This document shows, in pieces, positions 9,337-16,937 of a stretch of DNA of 16,937 bases. The stretch comes from Octopus sinensis. Lineage: Eukaryota. Each line of letters starts with the position of its first letter. Within the stretch, counting starts at the first letter, position 1. The position numbers and the translations under genes were made by a program. The notes under the pieces were generated by a model. It ran no database searches, was not told the DNA's origin, and saw only the letters and a list, made by a program, of their open reading frames with translations. The stretch lies in contig NW_021824940.1 of NCBI RefSeq assembly GCF_006345805.1, positions 1 through 16,937 of the forward strand, in the 5' to 3' direction.

Positions 9337-10200
9337 TCATCATCATCATCATCATCGTTTAACGTCCGCTTTCCATGCTAGCATGGGTTGGACGGTTCGA
9401 CTGGGGATCTGGGAAGCCAGGAGGCTGCAACATGCTCCGGTCTTATCTGGCAATGTTTCTACAGCTGGATGCCCTTCCTAACGCCAACCACTCCGTGAGT
9501 GTAGTGGGTGCTTTTTATGTGCCACCGGCACAGGGGCCAGGCGAAGCTGGCAACGGCCACAATCGGTTGGTGCTTTTAACATGCCACCAGCACAGAAGCC
9601 AGTCAATGCGGTGCTGGCATTGGCCACGATTCGGATAGTGCTTTTTATGTGCCACCGGCACGGAAGCCAGTCTAGGCGGCGCTGGCATTGTCCAAAATTC
9701 GGATAATGCTTTTTATGTGCCACCGGCACAGAAGCCAGTCTAGGCAGTGCTGGCATCGGCCACGATTCAGATAGTGCTTTTTATGTGCCACCGGCACGGA
9801 AGCCAGTCTAGGCGGGACTGGCATTGTCCAAAATTCGGATAATGCTTTTTATGTGCCACCGGCGCAGAAGCCAGTTTAGTCGGCGCTGGCATTGGCCACA
9901 ATTCGGATAGTGCTTTTTATGTGCCACCGGCACGGAAGCCAGTCTAGGCGGAGCTGGCATTGGCCATGATTCGGATAGTGCTTTTTATGTGCCACCGGCA
10001 CAGAAGCCAGTCTAGGCAGTGCTGGCATCGGCCACGATTCGGATGGTGCTTTTTCTTTCTACCGGCACGAAAGCCAGTTTAGGTGGCTCTGGCATTGGCC
10101 ACGATTCGGATAGTGCTTTTTATGTGCCACCGGCACGGAAGCCAGTTTAGGCGGCGCTGGCATTGGCCACGTTCAGATGGTGCTTTTTACGTGCCACCGG
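9337..10200 (-). mobile_element. RTE 3' UTR and tail with internal tandem expansion
   Basis: (CAT)n tail, then CGTTTAACGTCCGCTTTCCATGC...GCTGGATGCCCTTCCTAACGCCAACC, the reverse complement of the RTE terminus at 7143-7270. Confidence 0.85.
9505..10200. repeat. 68-bp tandem array, ~10 copies
   Basis: TCGGATAGTGCTTTTTATGTGCCACCGGCAC recurs at 9563, 9631, 9699, 9767, 9835, 9903, 9971, 10039, 10106 and 10173. Confidence 0.95.
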
Positions 10201-10542
10201 CTCAGGGATCACAAATGTGGTGGCATAATGAGGGTGGCTAATATCAGGAAAGGGGAGGAGACAGGAAGAAACGGTCTGATTTGGCGTGGTTTTCTGTGAC
10301 TGGAAGCCCTTCCTAACGCCAACCACTCCAAGAGTGTAATGAGTGCTTTCTGCATGCCACTGGCACAGGTACCACTTGCGTGACACCAGTATCTGCCATG
10401 ATTTCACTTTACTTCATGGGTCTTCTTCTCAAGCACAGCATATTGCCAAAGGTGTCGGTCACTAGTCATTGCCTCTTTGGGGCCCAACTCTTGAAAGGTG
10501 CTTCTTACATGGCAACAGCACAGGTGTTAGTTACGCGATACC

Positions 10543-10773
10543 TATTTCTTTACTACCCACAAGGGGCTAAACACAGAGGGGACAAACAAGGACAGACAAA
10601 GGGATTAAGTCGATTACATCGACCCCAGTGCGTAACTGGTACTTAATTTATCGACCCCGAAAGGATGAAAGGCAAAGTCGACCTCGGTGGAATTTGAACT
10701 CAGAATGTAACGGCAGATGAAATACGGCCACACATTTCGCCCGGCGTGCTAACCACTCTGCCAGCTCGCCGCC
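10543..10773 (-). mobile_element. SINE family B monomer with 14-bp TSD
   Basis: Full head-body-tail; AGTTACGCGATACC at 10529-10542 and AGTTACGTGATACC at 10774-10787 (one CpG mismatch). Confidence 0.92.
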
Positions 10774-10982
10774 AGTTACGTGATACCAGGATCGGCCACA
10801 TTGCTTCCATGAGGCACAATGCTCAAAAGCTGCTCTTTACGTGCCACTGGCACAGTTGCCAGTTATGACACCAGCATCGGCCCTCAACTATGATTTCACT
10901 CAGCATGCAGGGTCTTCTCAAGCACTGCGCATTGCCAAAGGTCTCAGTCACTAGTCATTGCCTCCGTGAGACCCGATGTTCA

Positions 10983-11272
10983 AAGTATGAAAGCGTGATG
11001 TATATATGGGGTTTTATGAATAGCTTTCTCCCCCCCTCTTATTCTTTCTCCCTTCCTCTCTCTCTTCTCCCCCCCACTCCGTATATGTATTCTTTTATTC
11101 TCTCACTTGCTTCAGTCGTTTGGCTGTGGCCATGCTGGAGCACTGCCTTTTTTAGTCGGACTAATCGACCCCAGGACTTATTGTTTGTAAGCCTAGTTAC
11201 TTAACCTATTGGTCTCTTTTTGCCGAACTGCTAAGTTATGGGGATGTAAACACACCAACACCGGTTGTCAAG
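10983..11272 (+). repeat. ~290-bp direct duplicate of 3068-3361
   Basis: By-eye alignment gives about 9 substitutions and 2 small indels; it includes ~110 bp of non-SINE flank. Confidence 0.93.
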
Positions 11273-11459
11273 CTCCACCACCTCATCCCATATCTTCATG
11301 AGTATAACTCTTCCATAAACACACACACACACATATATATATATGTGGATATGTGGGTATAGGCAAGGCTGTGCAGTAAGCAGTTTGTTTCCCAACCACA
11401 TGGTTCTGTGTTCAATCCCTCTATGCAGCACCTTAAGCTTTTATATATATATATATATC

Positions 11460-11854
11460 ACTCTTTCACTCTTTTACATGTTTCAGTCATTTGACTGCGG
11501 CCATGCTGGAGCACCACCTTTTAGTCGAGCAAATCGACCCCGGGACTTATTCTTTTGTAAGCCCAGTACTTATTCTATCGGTCTCTTTTGCCGAACTGCT
11601 AAGTGACGGGGATATAAACGCACCAGCATCGGTTGTCAAGCAATGCTAGGGGGACAAACACAGACACACAAACAAACACACGCATATACACACATACATA
11701 TATATACGACAGGCTTCTTTCAGTTTCCGTCTACCAAATCCACTCACAAGGCTTTGGTCGGCCCGAGGCTATAGTAGAAGACACTTGCCCAAGGTGCCAC
11801 GCAGTGGGACTGAACCCGGAACCATGTGGTTGGTAAACAAGCTACTTACCACAC
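11460..11854 (-). mobile_element. SINE family A, near full length, nested antisense in an older SINE
   Basis: Close match to 5447-5858 and the reverse complement of 6161-6549. Confidence 0.92.
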
Positions 11855-11963
11855 TGGCTAACCAAAGCCTTGTGAGTGAACTTAGTAATGGAAACTGAAA
11901 GAAATCTGTCATATATATATATGTGTGTGTGTTTCCTTGTCTTGTAGTGGTGTTATAGTTGAA

Positions 11964-12900
11964 AAATGATTGTCAAATGGTTGTCAAATGATTGTCAAAT
12001 GGTTGTCAAATGATTGTCAAATGGTTGTCAAATGATTGTGAAATGATTGTCAAATGGTTGTCAAATGGTTGTAAAATGATTGTCAAATGGTTGTCAAATG
12101 ATTGTGAAACGGTTGTGAAATGATTGTCAAATGGTTGTGAAATGATTGTCAAATGGTTGTCAAATGGTTGTGAAATGGTTGTGAAATGATTGTCAAATGG
12201 TTGTCAAATGGTTGTCAAATGGTTGTGAAACGGTTGTCAAATGGTTGTCAAATGATTGTCAAATGGTTGTCAAATGGTTGTGAAATGATTGTCAAATTGT
12301 TGTCAAATGGTTGTGAAATGATTGTCAAATTGTTGTCAAATGGTTGTGAAATGATTGTCAAATGGTTGTCAAATGGTTGTCAAATGATTGTCAAATGGTT
12401 GTCAAATGGTTGTGAAATGATTGTCAAATGGTTGTGAAATGATTGTCAAATGGTTGTCAAATGGTTGTCAAATGGTTGTGAAATGGTTGTCAAATGGTTG
12501 TCAAATGGTTGTCAAATGGTTGTGAAATGATTGTCAAATGGTTGTCAAATGGTTGTGAAATGATTGTCAAATGGTTGTGAAATGATTGTCAAATGATTGT
12601 CAAATGGTTGTCAAATGGTTGTGAAATGATTGTCAAATGGTTGTGAAATGATTGTCAAATGGTTGTCAAATGATTGTCAAATGATTGTCAAATGGTTGTC
12701 AAATGGTTGTCAAATGATTGTCAAATGGTTGTGAAATGGTTGTGAAACGGTTGTCAAATGGTTGTGAAATGATTGTCAAATGGTTGTCAAATGATGTCAA
12801 ATGATTGTCAAATGGTTGTCAAATGGTTGTTGTATAATTGTTAAATGGTTGTCAAAGGATTGCCAAACGATTGTCAAATGGTTGTCAAATGAGTGTCAAA
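11964..12900. repeat. 11-bp minisatellite AATG(G/A)TTGT(C/G)A, ~85 copies
   Basis: Direct reading; 937 bp / 11 is about 85 units. Confidence 0.97.
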
Positions 12901-13099
12901 TAATTGACACTGTCGTTCTTTTCCAATACTCTGCAAGGACAAGTCTGGCGATGGGGTAATATTTATTACTTCCCTTGGAAACAGGATTAGGTTGGAGACA
13001 GGACGGACATTTAGTAGTAGTCAAATCTGCTTAAAGGAAATTCCATCCGATCCATGCAGGCATGGAAATGTGGACGTTGGAAGGATGATGATATATAAG

Positions 13100-13608
13100 C
13101 ACGCACACATACACACACACACACACACACACAACTTTACGTGATAAAAATTTCACTGAAAACTAACTATTTAATTCACTAAACATCCTTTGTCTCTGTA
13201 TTTCTCAAGCTGTTGGAACAGTTCAATAGATGGAAACTAGTATACACGCACACAGATATATATATATATATGTATATATGTATACGTTCATGCATTCATA
13301 TGTGTGTGCAAAAGTGGACGTGTGGATGTATATACAAATATACTTATGTGTATGTATATATATATATATACAAACACACACACATTTACATAAATACACA
13401 AAAATGTATATATGTGTGAGTGTATGTATCTGCATCACACACACACATATATACATACATACATATATATTATATATATATTATATATAGATATATATAT
13501 ATATATATATATATAGGGGGAGATATATATGTATGTATATATGTATGTACATACATTTATAAATGTCTGTTTATATTTTATGTGCATTCATATGTGCCTG
13601 TGTGTATG

Positions 13609-13655
<47 letters not shown>

Positions 13656-14105
13656 TACCTATGTTTATTCGTAGACATGTAAATGTGTGTCTATACCTAC
13701 ATGTATAATGTGTGTGTGTGTATACATATATACACATAAATGTCTATAAGTTATGTTTGTGTGTGCATGTGTGTATATATATATATATATATATAATGCA
13801 TACATATAACTGTGTATATGTATGTATGTATATATAAACACATGCATGATTGATATGTGTATATGTGTGTATGTATATATATGTATTTATGTCTGTTTTT
13901 ACATATATATGTGTGTGTCTGTATATATGTGTATATATATATATATATATATACATATATGTACATATGTTTATATATGTATATGTGTGCATACATGTGT
14001 GTATATATATATATATATTTACATATGTTTATATGTGTGTATACATTTATATGTATATATATGTATATATATGTAACATATATATATATATACACACACA
14101 TGTTT
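13100..14105. repeat. Large compound (AT)n/(GT)n/(AC)n microsatellite field
   Basis: Visible dinucleotide runs. Confidence 0.93.
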
Positions 14106-14244
14106 ATACACATTCTATCTATTTATTTCAATTATTTTTTTTTTGCTTCCAAAACATTTAAAATTTTAACATTTCCAATTTTCACCGACAAATTAATTAG
14201 TTTACAGTTTTCTCGTTACTGTCCAGGTTTTTAAACTGTGTATA

Positions 14245-14881
14245 ATAACAACAACAACAACAACAACAATGACAATAATGATAATGTTATGATAGTGGTG
14301 GGGAGGTGAAAGTGTGTGTGTGTGTGTGTGTGTAGCAAGGTGGGCATGGTTGGGTTGTTGTTTGAATTTTTGCAGTTTTTTTTTCATGTGTTTCTTTAAT
14401 TTTTAGTAATTAATTTATGAATTCAATTTGGTTTTTTTCTTTTTTGTGTGTCTGTGTGTTGTTTTTATGTTTTTTTTTTCCCAGTTTTTGTTTACCTTCG
14501 ATCTACTTTCTCCGCCGCCTCCGCCGCCACCCTCCTCCTCCACCCCATTCACCCTTGCTCCACCCCCACCCCCTCACCGTCTCTTGGTTCATTTCCTCTT
14601 TGTGTGATCGAAAGGTGGTGGTGGTGGTGGTGGTTGAGATGATATTGCTAAAAATGGCGTTGAAGATGATGATGATGATAATGATGATGTTGAAAAAGAA
14701 ACCATTAGGAATAAAGAGAAATATAGAAATAATAATAATAATAACAATAACAACAACAACAATAATAATAATAGTAATGATAATAGTAATAACAATAATA
14801 ATAATAACAATAATAATGATAATAATAATAATAATAACAATAACAACAACAATAATAATAATAGTAATGATAATAATAATA

Positions 14882-14921
<40 letters not shown>

Positions 14922-15190
14922 TAACAACAATAATAATAATAGTAATGATAATAGCAATAACAATAATAATAATAACAACAATAACAACAATAACAACAAC
15001 AATAATAACAATAAAAACAATAATAATATTGGTGATGATGATGATGATTTCTTTTGTTGTAGTAGTAGTAGTAGTAGTAGTAGTAAAAGTGATGATGATT
15101 GTTGAAATATTAATCGTGATAATTCTAATAGTGATGTTAATTATAATGTTAAATGTAATGAAATAATGATGATAATAATAATAATAACAA
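14245..15190. repeat. (AAC)n, (GT)n, (GGT)n, (GAT)n and long (AAT/AAC)n microsatellites
   Basis: Visible; explains the poly-Ile and poly-Leu ORFs at 14417-15166. Confidence 0.9.
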
Positions 15191-15270
15191 CAGTAACTTT
15201 TTTCACACGTTTCCTATGTTCATGCAAAAAATTACTTTCGTAAAAATGAAACATTGTTGTTGTTGTTGTT

Positions 15271-15808
15271 AAGGTGGTCAGCTGGCAGAATGGTTAGCAC
15301 ACTCGGCTAAATGCACGTTCTGAGTTCAAATTCCGCCAAGGTCAACTTTTTGCTTTTCATCTTTTCGGGGGTTGATAAATTAAGTACCAGTTACACACTG
15401 GGGGGTCAATGTAATCGACTAGTCCCCTCCCCCAAAATTCCAGGCCTTGTGCTTTTGGTAAAAAGTATTATTATTATTATTATTGAGCTGGCAGAATCAT
15501 TAGCACGCTGGGCGAAATGCTTTGTGGTATTTCATCCGCCACTGTGTTCTGAGTTTAAATTCCGCTGAGGTCGACTTTACCTTTCATCCTTTCAGGGTCG
15601 ATAAATTAAGTACCAGTGACGCACTGGGGTCGATGTAATCAACTTAATCCATTTGTCCCCTCTGTGTTTAGCCCCTTGTGGGTAGTAAAGAAATAGATAT
15701 TTTGTCTACCGTTACGTTCTGAGTTCAAATTCTGCCACGGTCGACTTTGCTTTTCATCCTTTCGGGGTCGATAAATTAAGTAACCAGTTACACACTGGGA
15801 TCAATGTA
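15271..15808 (+). mobile_element. SINE family B tandem array (three units, two tail types)
   Basis: A box TGGCAGAATGG, B box GTTCAAATTCC; body CTTTCATCCTTTCGGGGTCGATAAATTAAGTACCAG occurs three times. The body resembles the Deu/Nin SINE core from memory. Confidence 0.9.
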
Positions 15809-16527
15809 GTTAGTTAAGTTTTTGGCTCAAAAAGCAAAAAGCAAGGCCATGTAGGGGGACGTGGATTATGTACAGGTGTTGTTCATGTAAAGAGTTCAGG
15901 CCACTTGTGGTCAAGGAGACTTTGAACCGAGTGGTCGGTCGGCATCTTCCCATCTCGTCTGGCAGCTTATTCCCACTGATCTGCAACCTGGACGAGAAAG
16001 CCCCTCTCCTTCGATTGAGATGAAATCGTCGCAGATGAGCTTTTCGGAGTGATCCCGCAGCCGACGCTCCTGGAGCAGGAGTGAAGAACAGTCTTCTTTC
16101 GAGAGGTTACACTTTCTGCTTATGAGTTTTGAGCGAGAATGAGATCACACACGGTGTTGTCGTTTTTCTAGAGAATAAAGGTCGAGCGTCCTCAGCCTTT
16201 CTTCATAAGACAAATTCTTGAGACCAAGAACCATGCGGGTAGCCGGCTTCTAGACTCTTTCGAGATGCTGTATGTCTTTGAGGAGATAAGGAGAAGAGGC
16301 TTGAATCCTGTACTCCAATATGGGTCTCACCAGTGTGACATAGAGTGGTAGGAATATGGCTGCTGTGAGCATTCTGAATGACCATCGAATCAAAAACAGA
16401 ACTCCGCGTGCTTTGTTGGCAGCATGGACGCACTGGGCCGAAGGTGAAAAGGAGGAATCCACCAAGATACCCAGGTCCTTTACCTGGTCGGTCCTCTCCA
16501 GCAGCAGACGACCCAGCTCGAAATCAA
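15809..16527 (-). mobile_element. CR1-clade LINE, 5'-truncated 3' fragment (RT C-terminus plus short 3' UTR)
   Basis: VKDLGILVDSSFSPSAQCVHAANKARGVLFLIR...LYVTLVRPILEY...SPYLLKDIQHLERV*..LSYEERLRTLDLYSLE...WNKLPDE...LDHKWPELFT*, then a ~70-bp UTR and short (CTAA)-like terminal repeats. Confidence 0.92.
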
Positions 16528-16576
16528 GACTAGTCCCCTCCCCCAAAATTCCAGGCCTTGTGCCTTTTGTAAAAAG

Positions 16577-16618
<42 letters not shown>

Positions 16619-16937
16619 GAGCTGGCAGAATCGTTAGCATGCCAGGCAAGATGCTATGTGGTATTTCATCTGCTGTTGCGTTCTGAGTTCAAATTCCGCT
16701 GAGGTCGACTTTGCCTTTCATCCTTTCGGAGTTGATAAATTAAGTGCCAATGATGCACTGGGGTCAATCTAATCGACTGATCCGTTTGTCTGTCCCTGTT
16801 TGTCCCCTCTGTGTTTAACCCCTTGTGGGTAGTAAAGAAATAGGTATTTTGTCTGCCATTACATTCTGAGTTTAAATTCCGCCGAGGTTGACTTTGCCTT
16901 TCATCCTTTCGGGGTCAATTAATTAAGTACCAGTGAC
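16528..16937 (+). mobile_element. Continuation of the SINE family B array (ATT tail, head, body, tail, body; runs off the window)
   Basis: Same order and junctions as 15418-15808. Confidence 0.9.

Larger units (their letters stand above)
10275..11297 (-). mobile_element. RTE 3' region carrying two later insertions
   Basis: GAAGCCCTTCCTAACGCCAACC at ~10303; two copies of the ORF2-end module (GAGGCAATGACTAGTGACC.AGACCTTTGGC on the minus strand); 11273-11297 matches ORF2 KTWDEVV codons. Confidence 0.82.
11359..13092 (+). mobile_element. Older SINE with family A-like head and RTE-like tail, expanded by nested insertions
   Basis: Degenerate head at 11359-11438; body ACCAAAGCCTTGTGAGTG...GGAAACTGAAAGAA at ~11860-11905; tail at ~12990-13092 similar to the RTE terminus (GGTTGG..AGGA.GG.., GCATGGAAATGTGGACGTT, GATGATGA). 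Confidence 0.65.

Noticed and set aside
8990-9500. Twin-priming inversion joining RTE RT (+) and RTE tail (-)
   Set aside because: The inverted piece lies beyond the 3' tail, not at the 5' side as twin priming predicts; independent insertion or deletion is simpler.
9505-10200. CRISPR-like array (regular period, palindromic repeat)
   Set aside because: The intervening sequences are near-identical rather than unique spacers, there are no cas genes, and the context is a eukaryotic RTE 3' UTR.
12186-12437. 11-aa repeat protein MIVKWLSNGCE
   Set aside because: Three 11-bp units give a 33-bp period; neighbouring units contain stops and nothing selects for the frame.
14417-15166. 249-aa membrane-like ORF and antisense poly-Leu ORF
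   Set aside because: Derived from (AAT/AAC)n microsatellite.
15418-16937. LTR retrotransposon or composite transposon (direct repeats around an RT fragment)
   Set aside because: The RT is a non-LTR CR1 3' fragment in antisense, the repeats are SINE units, and there are no TG...CA ends, PBS or PPT.

Overview
Repeat-saturated, AT-rich eukaryotic non-coding DNA, most likely from an octopus (inferred from the recalled SINE/RTE families and the very dense (GT)n/(AT)n/(GAT)n/(AAT)n microsatellites; not database-checked). I find no intact protein-coding gene, and most ORFs in the supplied track are microsatellite artefacts. The window contains two tRNA-like SINE families (called A and B here), decayed LINE pieces (RTE RT and 3' ends, a CR1-type RT C-terminus, an APE endonuclease fragment), Tc1/mariner transposase remnants, a 68-bp and an 11-bp tandem array, and a degenerate ~85-90-bp repeat. 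I see no convincing novel gene system. The most interesting signals are structural: a 290-bp local copy pasted into an RTE with no TSD, SINE concatemers with an invariant junction, a higher-order SINE array split by a CR1, and minisatellites that grew inside retroposon bodies. All alignments and counts were done by eye.
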